Positions 28,341-41,816 of a stretch of 64,000 bases of DNA are shown piece by piece; position 1 is the first letter of the stretch; each line of letters opens with the position of its first letter. Position numbers and translations under genes: made by a program. The notes beneath the pieces are model-generated. The model was not told the origin of the DNA. It saw only the letters and a list, made by a program, of their open reading frames with translations, and searched no databases. This stretch comes from Hamiltosporidium tvaerminnensis FI-OER-3-3 (Eukaryota > Fungi > Microsporidia), in the NCBI GenBank assembly GCA_022605425.2, contig JAKIMF020000005.1, forward strand, positions 1,364,001-1,428,000, read 5' to 3'.

Positions 28341-29650
28341 ATGTAAAATGAATATTTGAAGTGCAAAAAGAAGTAACTTCTAGACTTTATGAACAAGTTT
28401 ACTGAACAAATAAAATTATCAGTACAAACTCGTTTAAATAATTAGGAAAGTAAAATACAGAAGAATTATAATGCAATAGTTGGTTTTAGATTCTAAGGAA
28501 TGAAATAAATAAGGATTTTCTAAATTCTATTGATGAAATGGGATGCGAAAATATAAATCAAATCTAATTTCCAACAAAGTATTCTGTTTTAAAACGAGAT
28601 GATATATTGGTACAGAATAAAAGATAAACGTATAAAACAACCTCCGTAGCTTGTCTTCTTTATAAATAACTGTTCTAATGATAAATTACAGGTGGTAGTT
28701 TTAACAACAAAAAGAGTTTAATCAAAAGATTGCTGATGTGATCGCTAAACTTTGAGAGCCAAACAGTATGAAAGTTTATAGCGTAAAACCTGATGTAGAA
28801 TAAGAGAGTCAATAAATTATTGTTGGAAATCCGGATGGTATCGATAAGTTATTTAAAATGCATAAGGAAAAGGCCATTTCAGCAAAGAATAGATATTGAT
28901 GATGCAGATGTACTTTTGAATTTAAATATTATGCTTTCTTTTGTATTGGATTTTAAAAATTTTTAGAAAATTAGAAAATATCTGATTCTATGCCATTTTC
29001 TATCACCAAATTAAAAAGAGTTTTTAAATTTCACAGAAAGCATTTTGTAAGTATAAAAAAGAAAATCTGGAGCCCGAAGAAATAAAACTATATTATTTAA
29101 AAATCGAAAGAAAGATATAATGAAAATATTAAAATTGATTTGTGAATACTTAACGGTGGGGTGTTTATAATATTTGTCGAAACTAAACATATGATTGAGA
29201 TGCTACGAAAAAATTAGAAACAGATCTTCTATAAATAACATGTATACATGATGATAATGAAATGGTAGTCATAGAAAAATTTGTAGATAAATTTAGGACA
29301 GAAAGGGCAACCGTATTGTTTCCAATTGATATATTTTTACATAAAATGAATATTTCATCGGTGACCTTATTATAATTTTTGATCTTCCAATAGTTAAAGG
29401 AATACCAAATGGGGAAACATATATTCATCGTGTAAGTCATCCAGAAGATTTTGAAGGTCTGAGTTTGTGGTTGACCTAGTAAGTGATTCAAAGTATTCCA
29501 ATGTTATATTAAGACTTCAAAATTCTTTAAAGTGTTGCCAAGGTTTTTAGATTCAAGCTGTTATGAAGGCCGGGAAGAAAAAACTTTAACTGACAATAAA
29601 ATTATTAGATCTTCAAAATTTTGTGATTCTGATGATTTTATGATTTTATG
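28341..29650 (+). pseudogene. DBP5: Degraded ATP-dependent DEAD-box RNA helicase Dbp5/DDX19 pseudogene
   Basis: Helicase motifs occur in order across many stops and frameshifts: FLNSIDEMGCENINQI (Q motif), DDILVQ...YKTT (I), QVVVLT (Ia), IIVGNP (Ib), DDADVLL (II), EYLTVG/IIFVETK (IV), CIHDD..EKFVDKFR, DIF..MNISSV (V), FDLPIVKGIPNGETYIHRV (VI), FVVDLV. YLTVG and DLP...TYIHR are Dbp5-type. ATG is followed directly by TAA. Confidence 0.82.
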
Positions 29651-32600
29651 ATTTCATGATTTAAAAAAACATTCATTTTATTTGTTTTTACGTAAGATAG
29701 TATTATATATTTAATAAAGTATTTTGTTTTAAATTCTATTCTATATAATCCTCTTGATATGTTCTTTGTAAATTTTTGGTAACATGAACATATATTACAA
29801 TTTAAAACCTAAATATAAATTTATCATAATTTTTGTTTGATTTCGAGGTGCTAAGCAAAAATTATCTGAGTGTTTAAAATTTTTCACCTTTCGGTCCGAT
29901 ATTTTTGTTTAGATTCGGCTAATTTTTTATATTTTTGATTGATATTTTGTTCTTAGTCATTCAATTTTTATTAAAAATTTATTACATTGTTTGTGAGGTA
30001 ATTTACAATTTATCTATGACATAATATGATATAAATACATGCCTTTCTCTGCAAATATCCATCCCAATACGCCCTATTCAAGCCATATTAAACATTTTTT
30101 TAGCACAGCTTCGTTCATATAAATTATAGCAAGAATATTCCGTTGTGTTTTAAAGTGAGATCGACTTGATATATGCCGCTATTTATTCGAGATTTCAACC
30201 ATCTAGATTATATATTATAAGATCTAATTTTAATAACATACTGTGCTATTACAAGGAATGATTTCAAACACAGATTTTCGGAAATATTAAGTCCATCTAC
30301 CAAAATGTTTCATTCATTTAGTTGTTTTTTATTGCATCAAGTTTAGTCAAACCCTATAAAGCGATTCCGACATGACTGAGAATTCATCAAATTATGACCA
30401 AAAAGAAATAATTCTGGTTCATTGTTGTAAATTTAAACCAATTTTTTTTTGTTCATATATATAATTCTATTTATTCATTATTTTTTTTGAGAACTTCCCG
30501 AACAAAATAATTTCTTGTTTGTTGTAAATGCGGTAAAAATTTTTATAGAAATGAAGTAGTTATTATATAAGCAAATAATTTTTATTGTCTGGCATAAAAT
30601 TTCTAAGCCTTTTTATGATTATTTTGCCATTTTATGCATTTATTTTTTTCGGATTCCCTAATTTTAATGCATACAAATTTTATAGAATGTATTTTCCCAT
30701 TAATATAGCAGAAAAATGATTTTTTTTTGGCTCGGTATATATATATCTTAAAATTTTATGTTAAATGTTAAAAAGTATCCATATCTTAAATAAATTTTAC
30801 TATAATCTCTTCTTTTTCTTACTTGATAACTAGTTTTCGTATTGCCTCGACGAAGACTTTTTATCAAGAAATACGGAATTTGTTTTCCGATTTGATATTA
30901 TGGCTTTATGAAGCTCTAGATATTATCTATTTGTGTTTCACTATATTCGAAGGGTTTGTTAATCAATAAGTATTTTCAAACAGGATAAGAAACAACTGCC
31001 TTTACATATTCTAAGGTTAAGTATACATAAAATTTTCATCCATCTTATTGATAGAATCTCCATTTTTCTACAAATACTATATGCAGTATACCCCTATTCT
31101 TAAAAACATGCAGTATCTAGACTTAGTATTCTAAAATATAACTTATAATATATCAGAAGTTAATCAATTATATAATTTCAATCATTTTGTATATTGAAGC
31201 CAAAAAAAACTTAAATACTATTTTGGGTTCTTTTATCATCTTACCAGATATAAAAGTTTTGGTTCCATATACACCTTTCTTGTTTTTAAGGATTCCCAAA
31301 CACTAAATCTGTCTTAAAAAGTCTGAAATTTTACAAACCGTGACATATATGGCACAATTATCGCTTATGACTTTCAAACTTATAACAATCAAAAAAACAT
31401 TGAGAAATACTTTTTGATTTCTATAAATTCAATTGAATTTTCTGTATCTTTTATATAAAAAAAATCTCTTTTTATTGTAAAAAGTTTAATTACAAAAGAT
31501 GATTATAATTAAAGATTTCGACATATTAAAATATATTAAAAAAATAGCAGTTTAGTTTTTTTAAACTTAGTTAATATTGACATTTTATACTTAAATTTGA
31601 AAGTTAAAACATGAAAAATCCAAAAGAAAATTTAAAACTTTACTTTAACAGTTTATTAAAACTATGTTTTTTAAGTTTCGATGGGTTTATAAAAAATAAG
31701 TTAAGGTAGAGTACCAACATAAACAGATAGCACATTGATTTCATAAATAATTTAAATATTTACTCTCTTAATTTCAGAATAACGGATCAATGCTTTGTTA
31801 ATGTATTGTGTGTCCAAAAATTATGTAAAAAAAAGAATAAGTATATGAAACTGGTATAAAAAGCATTATGAAAATTTTAAGTACATAAATAATTTCTGTA
31901 AAATAGTTTTTTTTATATAGGAAATTTTAAATGTATTTCAAAGTGATTTTCAGAAAAATAATTTAAGTAATTTGCTTCAATCATAAACGTTTTAGTTTAT
32001 TTTATATTAAGGTCACCAAAACGGTAATAATACTAAAATATAGTAGAAACAAAAAAATTCTAATTAAACAAATGAAAATATATCTTGTTAACTCATAATT
32101 AGTTTATAACTTAAAAAGTTGCATGTAAATTAATCTGTTAAGTAGATTCTTTTTTTTATATGTTAAATATAATTTTTAGGTTATAATAATTCATTAGATA
32201 AAAATTAAGATTGACCCAAATTTATTTTTTTTAAACATAGGTTATTAGAGTGGACATACATTGAATAAATCTGATGCTATAAATATTCGTTTAAAATGCT
32301 CCCATAAATTAAAAAAATATATTCATTCATAAAAGTTAGAATTCGAGAACATTTTTTTTTAAAATTACAAAACAGATTTAGTCTAGAACATAAGAAAAAA
32401 CATTATATATGAATATACCTTAGAAGTAGGCAGGCTTTACTATCTTTATTTATATAGAATGATATTTACATGCAATACTTTGAGAAAGCAAATTTTAAAT
32501 ATTGAACAAATGTCTCAGTTAAATAAAGTTAATAAGTTAAAAAAAATTTAAACATATAAAAAGATATAATATAAAAATTTGCTGACCTAATATTTAAGAT

Positions 32601-32674
32601 ACAAAATATTAGCCGGAATTAACGCCTAATCCTATTTGATTATATTAAAATCACTTTCCAACCCTAATTTAAAT

Positions 32675-34462
32675 ATGCAAAAGTTGATAATATTTTTAGA
32701 GATGATAATTTCTACTGTTTTTTGTACATTAGAAAGCACGGTAGAGGATGATATTCAACACGCACAAAACCAATCAAGAAGATGTAATTTTGAAGTAAAC
32801 CGAGAATCACAGGACATGAAAGTCAAAATTGGGGATCAGCATGCAAGTAATTCAGGTCATGGTCCTAAAAAAGGACAATATTTTGGAGACCAAGATGGTT
32901 GTGATCTTTTCACATCAGAACCAAGCACTTCGCAATTCGAACCTTCACCGAGAAAACAAAAAAGAAGATTGACTAATGAAAAAAATAGTCTAAGATTGTT
33001 AGAAAATCCACAAAGAAATATTACCTTAAAAATGAAACTTGGGAATATAGAGGCTGTTAAAAACAATTTTTTAAAGCAACTGTTAGATTCAAAAATATTA
33101 AAATTTAAAAGCGAAGATATGAATCTACCGGAGAACAGACGTTATAATCTTACAGTAGGATATCCAATAGCCACAGAAACACAGTATTTAAAAACATTGC
33201 AAATATAATTGATAGGTATATCAATAGATTTTCAATGATCGAAATTTATCTTTTGCAAGGGTTAGGGTAAATATAATTCTAAAGGTAATTTACAAAGAAA
33301 TTTAAAAGTGCTACAACTCTCGATTCGAAGAATAAATATTGTTAAAAATACGAATGAAGAGGATTTAAGCAGTTCATTTTTTAAATCTTCTCATTTCGAA
33401 GTTATAGAAAGCGTTAAAAAAGAATTAGTAAATGTTAAAAAGGTAGATAATATTTATGATTTGGAGAATATTATTGCATATTCAGAAAAAATCTACATAT
33501 TCGGAATAAAAAGTAAAAAAACATTTACAAAATTACAGTTACAAGAAATGTTAACGAGTTTGGAAATCCAAAATGTCAAGGAAGAACTTCAAAAATATAG
33601 AAAGATTCTATCTTTTTACGAATTTATGCTATTCAAATATAGATATGCAGATAATATAATTGATCATATTGAAGAAGGATGTTTTTTAATGGTTCATTTT
33701 CTTCTTGAAATATTATTTACTAAACTAGAAAATATATTCAAAAAAATAGAAATATACAAAAAGCTAACTGAAAATGATTTATCAAAAGCATATAAAAATC
33801 TTTCCTATAAAAATAAAATAGATTTAGAAATACAACCACTTAAAATAATACTTATGCACATTTATTTGGGTCTAAAAAATGGGTTTTGCTTGTTTAAAAA
33901 ACACATCATAGTGTATTTATTAGAATTTACACATTTATTTATGACCGGAAAAATACTTGATCTGTTTATAAATGACGATTTTGGTTGTATTATTTTTTTG
34001 CTTTACCATTATATATATGATGATTCAATGTCTTTACAGGCTGATTTGTATCTTAGAATAGGAAATGCATTAGCATTTCTTTCTCTCCACAATTATCACA
34101 CTTCTCAAGATATAAATCTTAGCTTTAGTAAAATAATGAATCATATTTCACAAGAAAGTTATATAATTACTTTACATGCAATTTTAAGACATATTTTCCC
34201 CAAGTGCATTCATTTTTCTGCTTTTTATCCCGAATTATTTACTAATGTAGGAAATTTTATCGAAAATATTTCCACTCTAACCGAACAATGGGATTTTTTA
34301 GATTCTCGCATCAAAATTTTGTCTTTTAAGTTTTGCATAAAATATGCATATATGTTAAGGCATCTTTTATACAGCGATTACCAGTATGAAAAAATGGTTT
34401 TGGATCAATCCATGACGCAACTTTATAACGATATTTCTAGTTCTTTCAATGAGCCCGTATGA
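32675..34462 (+). CDS. ~595-aa secreted hypothetical protein; ORFs 32636-33208 and 33308-34462 bridged by two compensating frameshifts
   Basis: The likely start is ATG 32675 (MQKLIIFLEMIISTVFCT, CCC ~11 nt upstream). Both ORFs are in the same frame. The gap is open in the -1 frame (33181-33267, TVFKNIANIIDRYINRFSMIEIYLLQGLG), with shifts near gaaac (~33176-33180) and ggg (33265-33267). AATAAA at 34469. Paralog of 13072-15053. Confidence 0.82.
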
Positions 34463-34904
34463 ATACAAAATAAACTCTAAGTACATTTTTAATTTTTTAA
34501 GATCCTTTTTAACAGTATTTAATTTATTTGAATTTTACAAAATATTTTTTCGACTTTTGCCAGGATTCAGAATTAATATAAAGGTGTATATCAAAACCAA
34601 ATCATTTTTAAAAATCCAACAAGATGCACAATTGATTTTTTGCTTGCAATTATTATAATAAAAAATTCTAAAATATATGCTTATATTCCGTGTTTCAACC
34701 AAAGAAAGTTTATAAATTTAAAATATCAGTTTCTTTTCTTTTAAATTGTTCATAAAATACAATTTTTTAAATTTAACGATTTGATATTTCGCAAGCTTTA
34801 TAGATTATAGCTTGGTTGTTCGTAAATGTTTTTTTTATCATAAACCATTCTGCATGACGATTTTGACATTCAATTTCAACATATATAGTTTAAGAAAAAC
34901 ACAT

Positions 34905-37310
34905 TTATTAAAAAAGAAACCAACTCAATCATAACCCCTACACCTCACTCATATATCATTAGCACAAATAATTTTTTTAGTACGTTTAAAAGAAAATATT
35001 CTAGCAAATTACAAAGAATAACGTGTTTTGATCAAAGTAAATAAAAGTTATACGTCTTTACAAAGTTAACCTTAATCACAGACAATATTTTTATTTTTCT
35101 TTGTGATATATATCTTTACACTGAGTCTTTTCAAATAGTCTATTAGGTTATTTTTAAGCTCTTTGCCTTGGTGTTTATTGTATTTAAGTTATGATTTTGA
35201 TTTGACTTCTCTGCTAATATATTATAAGTGAATGAATTCACTTATTTAGTCAAGTCCGATTTTAAACAAGAATAGATGTCTTATTACACTATCTTTTAGA
35301 TCATAGTTGTAACACATTTAAATAACCTTACATATACACTTTTATAATCACTCAGCCTAGGTAGTTCAAGATATAAATCAATTTAGCTGCAATCATTCTA
35401 GTAAAAATATTGTAGTGATTGTGACATAAGTTCTATGGCTTCTACAGTAGGTATAATCTTTATACAAATAAGGAAAGGTTAGAAGTTTATGATAAGATAG
35501 TCTTAGTTAACCTGTAGAAGATGTCACAACATAAAAATATAACACTATTTATAGTTTTGTAAATTTTAAATATTCAAATGTCTTTCTTTTTATATTTTAA
35601 GTAAAAAATTGTAATTTTGATAGTATAAACTCTAACCCAACAAACACAATAATAGAAATTTTATGTTTTGAATTAAATAATTGTTTCATTTAATTGTAGA
35701 CTAAGTTTTAATCCTTTGACTTTTATATCCACCTTTAAATATATTTAGATATTAAAATGATATTAATATCTTGTAATTCCCACGCGTATAGGTATTCCTT
35801 CATTATGTAAAGAATTGTTCATAGCTATATATCTAATTAGCAAAGTAAATATTAAAAATGATTCAAATTAACTTAGCTTTTAGTGAAATATATTTATTAA
35901 GATTCATTCAATCTTTATACCAAATTAAAATATTATCTATATGTTTTTTTATTTGAATTGTTTTTCGTGCGAATCCGTATTAACTCATAAGAAAGTTAAA
36001 GATCAAAAAAACCAAAAAACATAAAACCAAACATTTATAAAATAGTTGTAGAAATTGTATTTAAACTAGGTAAATAAATTAAAAACGTTAAAATTTACAA
36101 ACAATTACATACAGACATTTATCAAAATGTGGTTTTAATGTTAAAGTAGTATAATAAGAACAAAGTTATCAGTTCGAGGCATATTAATGTACTATAAAAT
36201 TTATTTAAATTTAATTCTTTAGATAATTAGAGTAAAATATTATTTAAGTCTAATAAAAATATAAAATAATAGAAAACTTAGTAATATCTTTACAAATATA
36301 AAAATTTATGTTCTAAATTGGTCGAATATGAGTTAATAGTTTAAAACGAAATTCTTATTTGAATATTTTGAGATGAATCAAATATCAAAATTCTCTAATA
36401 GAATTATATAATTTAGTAAAAATAACTTAATTCTGTATAAATCTAAATAAAAGCATTTTATTTCAACGGAGTCAATAGTATTACATTTTTAATAAATTTT
36501 CTTGAAAGTATTATACATGCAATTTAAATAACTTTTCGCAGGTATAATTTTCTTTTAATTAGCTCTATATTTTTTTTAACCAAAGAGCAATACATATATA
36601 ATACAAAGCCGTTTGCTCAATTTTGGGAAAAGTAACTAATATGAGGTTATATAGAAATCCAAAGCTATGTATCAATACCCCATATGATCAAAGTGTCAAT
36701 CAATATATTGAAGGCTTTTAAAAACAATTTTACAAAATTTAATGCGGCCCTAGTTAGGTCGAACACAACGTATTATGACCAAAATCAAAAAATATAATTT
36801 TTAGATAATGAGTTAAGGTTTAGATAGTCCAAAAATATAAAATAACCATAAAAAAACAACCAAGACCTTACACTCAAAAACTTCCAATTATGGTAAATTT
36901 TATAAGCTTATTAGACTTAACACTCAAAAATCATATAAGAAGTAATACTACTTATTTATATGTTCCAAGAAAATCATTTACAATAAAACACAGAATTTTA
37001 AGATTAATGAATATAAAATTCCATAGAATTAACGAAATTTAATTAAAATATGATAAAAGCATACCATATTCTGAAAATTACAGATTAAAAGCTCCAGAAT
37101 TGTTTTATATTAAGAAAACTGCTTGAATAAGAGACTACTTAACTTATCAAATAAATAATAAATGAATTATTTGAGAAAAATGTAAACAAATTAGAAAAAA
37201 GTAAATAAAAATACAACTAACTTAAATTAAGTAAAATAAACTTGATATAATTAAAATTCCGAACTTAAAAAACATAACAAAAATATTTAAAAAACTAAAA
37301 TTTTGAACAT
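34905..37310 (-). pseudogene. Copy 1 of a duplicated ~2.4-kb pseudogene (probable multi-TM membrane protein)
   Basis: Collinear with 56855-59272 at roughly 70-80% identity by eye. Shared minus-strand peptides with synonymous changes (PTVEAIE/PSVEAKE, YVRLFKCV/YVRLFTCI, DLTK, YNIL, KAKSL, KISIIVFVGLEFILSKL). Candidate ATG at 37310 and minus-strand AATAAA at ~34904-34909. Many stops. Confidence 0.65.
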
Positions 37311-38389
37311 AAAAAAATTTAACGAAGAAAAAAACGACAGCTACAATTAAGAATGTCGAATTTGTTATTTCAAAGATCAATACTAAATATCAACATCAAA
37401 TACTACTTACTAATTTCATATTAGGCATAAATAATGAACTATAAATGTTTTGTATCGAATAGAGCCTAAAGTTTTGTAGATTAAAATATAAATTACAAAA
37501 TATAACTAAAAAACCTACACTAGTAATCTAAAAAACCTATTTAGAGGATATAAAAATATATGTATTATATTATAAGCACCATTAAAAATATTCAAACTTT
37601 AAAAGTATATAATAAGAAAAAATACATTATCTTAAGTGTGTAAGAAATATTGAAATTCTACTACTAATATCCAATAAAATTCAATTTAGAACAATATATA
37701 TGACTTAAAACAAAATAATAGACAAATAAATCGAAAAAGAAGGAATATATAAACCTACAAAAGTACTATATTTGTAAAATAAGTATTTAGCCAAAGTACG
37801 AAATATTCATCGTACTATAAATAAATTGAAAATCTTAATTTTATATTTTACAAATAATTATTGTGCAATGAACAAAATAAAAATGCAATTTTCATTTTTA
37901 AAGATTTGCATAACTTTTCATAGTCATTGAAAATTTTAGTATTCATTTAAAGAGTAAAAAAATTAAATGTAATATAAATATGAAGTTAAAAAAATATCTT
38001 GGTATAGGCTGACTGTTATTTAAATAAAAAGGAGATATGAAGAGTCGAACAGAAATGAATTTTGATCACAATATTAGAGAAAGCAATTATATTCAAGTTC
38101 CGAAAAAAGTGTATTGCGAAAAGCTTTGAATTAAATAACCACATAATAAATCCATGATAAATAAAAAAATAATATCTTTTTAAATCGGAATAAATTATAG
38201 AACTAAACTAATTTAATAATAAATATACATCGCTTAAAAAATATATATTAGATAAAATATAAAATTAATAAAAAAATGAAATTAATTTAGAAAAGGAAAA
38301 TGCTCGATTAATAGAGAATATATAATAACTGTATCAATTGATAAATGACTTAAAATATAGAACAACGTCCCTAGTTAAAATTAAAGGAC

Positions 38390-38760
38390 ATGTGTTACAG
38401 TGGTTTCATGACATTCATGGAGTTTTAAGTTTTACATATGTAACCGACCCTCCTTACACTATCAATACACTTATGATAACTGCATTCAGAACCCTTTCTT
38501 CTACAAACGCGTAGAACGAAATTATATGGGACGGCAATTTAAAAGAGTTCCTTAATATTCGTTGCAGGATTTAATCGAACGACCGAACCCCATACATAGC
38601 TTCCCCAGCAGTTTCTCTATTCTCAATTACTCTACAATTTCAGTACCACAAAGTTGCAGGTAAGATATATTTTAGCAAAGTAGCCGAGGTCACCATATAT
38701 CTGCAATGTCATACCAACAGTAAATCTTATGTATCGTTTTACTAACTCAAAAATTGTTTA
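38390..38760. other. GC-elevated island, probably a highly decayed TE fragment
   Basis: GC is clearly higher than the flanks. The minus strand contains LNCRPI (NYRPI-like RT motif) but no continuous frame. Confidence 0.22.
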
Positions 38761-41179
38761 CCTTTATATTTCTCTTGCGTCGAGTCTTCTACCCTAATGT
38801 GACAAGCTAGAATTATATTTTTTTGCTTAGAAATTACTTACAAGTAAAACAGCGGTCTACAATCTTTTCTATATAAAACAACATGATAGATTTGTAAAAA
38901 AAAATCTATTTCGAAGACCGACTTCCCCTCTTAAAATCTCAAGAAAAACAGCATTAAATGTAGTGATTTTCTATTACAATAAAAAATAAGACTATAAGTT
39001 CCCAATCACTTGCTAAATCATTGCTAAATATTAGGTTTATATTGTGGTTATCCCCTTCCACTATAGAATTAGCAAGTAGAAAATAATTAACTTTACCACA
39101 ATACAATTACCCACAAATCCAATCAAATTTATTAATCTCTGATTTATAAATAACCTTAAATATATTTGTTTTTTATAAAAATAACCTTCTTTAAGAAACA
39201 TTGTTCAAATCATCTCTTCAGAATAATTTTTTTTTGTAGTTGGAAAATTAAACATGTCAAATAGTTTATGATACAGAATGCTAACCAAATAAAAAAGAGT
39301 AGTAGGTTATATTCTAGGCAAAATATGATAAAGTTAATTCATAGATATTTCTACATCATAAAACGGTTTCCATTAAATTACAAAATATCATTTGCATACA
39401 ACAACTGAGAGCTTTTTTTAGTACATAATTGGCGCTTTATTTAAAATATTTTTTATACTTTGCTTTCTTTCGCTATATAGCACTTAGCAATTCATAAGTT
39501 AATCGACAAATTTTCCGATTTTTTATTTTGCGATCAAATTTAAAAATTAACAATCAAAAAATTATGACGAAATTTAAAATAAGGGAAAATTTGTTTCAAA
39601 ACTTAAGATATTAATAAATGATATATTTCAGAAAATAAAGAATACGAGATTTTAAAATTATTGATATATTTTTAGAGCAAAAATACAAACTATAAAGCTA
39701 ATAGTGTGAAATTACTAAGTTTTCTCGTATTAATTTCGACATTAAAGATATAAAAATAAAAAAACAAAAGTAACTCTTTAAAACTGTATAATAAAAGACA
39801 TAATATAGTTTGATTTTAAAAAATTGTAATATAGTGAAGAGATAATCCCTAAAATAAAGTATATTGATTTTTTTGTTACTAGAAATGTAATGATGAGAAA
39901 TAAGATGTAAGATATTTGTGTTCAAATTTTTTATTTTTTTTTATCTACATATAACTTCAAATTAAATATTTTAAAATTTTTTTATTGTTAATCTCAAGTT
40001 TAACCTATTTTAAGGGTTTAATCTTACAAAAATCGTCTTTATTTTTAAAGTAATTTAATTCACAATAATAAAATTGAAATTTCAATTTCTCGTCATAAAT
40101 ATGTTAAAATTTATCTAGATCCGTAGTAATAATTTAACTTAACTAAATCTTCGATGTTCACATTATATACAAATTGTGTAATATACTTGCAAAAAATCAT
40201 ATTTTAAGAGATACGTGTTTTTTAAATTAATTTTATAGCATCATGCTAGATTTTTTACTTTTAAAATAATATTTAACTCCATTATATGTTTTTTCTTTGA
40301 AAAATATATATTATCTAATAATCAAACATTTATTCGATATTAATTCAAAATTTTAGAATTAAAAGTCAAAATAATTAACTATTCAATTTATATAATAAAT
40401 ATTTAACTTCTTTTTTGTGCGTTACAACCACAAAATATTATCACTGTATAAATATTAAATTTTTAAGAGAAGGTCTTCTACTTTTAGAAATTTTTTACAA
40501 GTTGTATTGGTAAATCAACAGATATTATTAAGAGGCATGTATATTTTATAAAAATTTACCATAAAAAACGATATAAATATTTCGAAGAAAAAGACAATTA
40601 TAGAAAAAATTTGAACAAGAATTGTATATCTTTAAATGGGCTTTTTACTGTTCAAATTTATACATATAACCCTTATTTATGCACTTTGAATTAAATGATG
40701 CTAATTTTTATATTTCTAAATTTGTCTCAAAACACTCAAAACAAAACCGTTTGTTAATTAAAAGTATAAACAATAAAAATAGACTTTAAATCAAAATGTG
40801 AGAATTTCCATTTCTTGTCACATTCACAGTTATAAAACTCTCAAAATGCTTCTAACGGCAAAGTCATCATTCATAATCAATTCTGCTAGGAAAGTAAATC
40901 AAAAACGGAATTTCGACGTAAAATACTAAGAAATAAATCTTTCATAATTTTAAATAAACCAATTAAGAAAAACAGAAGATTTATATGCTTCTAAAAAATG
41001 GACAAGCGAATTTAAGATTATTTGTTATTTAATGTAATTCTATAATATATTTTTCTTTAAGCAGATATTAAGATTTTAAAAAAAACAAAAACTAAATATA
41101 AATCCAAAAAAAATCTACAATTAGTCAAAACATAATTCTTAATTTTCGATTAATATATTAGATATGATATATATTTCTC

Positions 41180-41816
41180 AATGGTTTTTTGAATTTCTTT
41201 TACAGAGGTTATTCCCTATGTTTGATTTAAAAGTTCTGTTTACAAAAGATGTAGATTAAAAGATACAGTGAAAAAATTTGGTTGATTGGCTTCTGAAATA
41301 TTAAATGAATTCAGTTTGCTTTGCATTTATTTTCTCAATCCAAGATATTTTTTTTGTAAGCAGATACAATGTTAAATTATTTTCTAATTTTGTAAATGAT
41401 ATAAGAATGAAGTACAAATGTGATATTTGTGCAAGGATTACAATACTCTTAATTAAAAAAGGACAATTTGAATTTATTTAATTTCAAAATACGATATTTT
41501 TTTGTTACAAACTAGATTTAAGAGAAAAAAAATTTTAAAATCTTTTTGTTTTTTGCGCAGAATAACGAGAACGATAGATACAGCGATATACGAACAAAAA
41601 TGCGTTGAATCATACTTTATGATATATCATCTCTTTCTATTTGTGTTTAAGTTATTAAATCTAATTTGTATTTGTGAAAGAAGATCTATTTTTTTAAAGT
41701 TTATGGTTAAAAAGAATACAACAAGTACATATCATATGTTTCTCATTACGAGCCAAACTAATGGTTTTTTTGATAGATTATTAAAGGTTATGCACTTGAA
41801 TAGAAATATATCTTAG
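41180..41816 (+). pseudogene. Eroded ORF of unknown product
   Basis: Protein-like fragments (SVYKRCRLKDTVKKFG*LASEILNEFSLLCIYFLNPRY; SRYNVKLFSNFVNDIRMKYKCDICARITILL) lead into the 104-codon ORF 41502-41816. Confidence 0.3.

Noticed and set aside
29183-29491. 102-aa minus-strand ORF
   Set aside because: Antisense shadow of the DBP5 pseudogene C-terminal domain.
30000-31400. Possible minus-strand LINE RT remnant
   Set aside because: Only vague peptide resemblance and no diagnostic motif could be pinned down.
34905-37310. Mitochondrial insertion or TGA=Trp code, suggested by a shared MIYE-TGA (ND3-like) and a TGA/TGG pair in the two copies
   Set aside because: No diagnostic ND, COX or CYTB motifs were found, TAA/TAG stops remain in every frame, and the best conserved frames do not depend on TGA.
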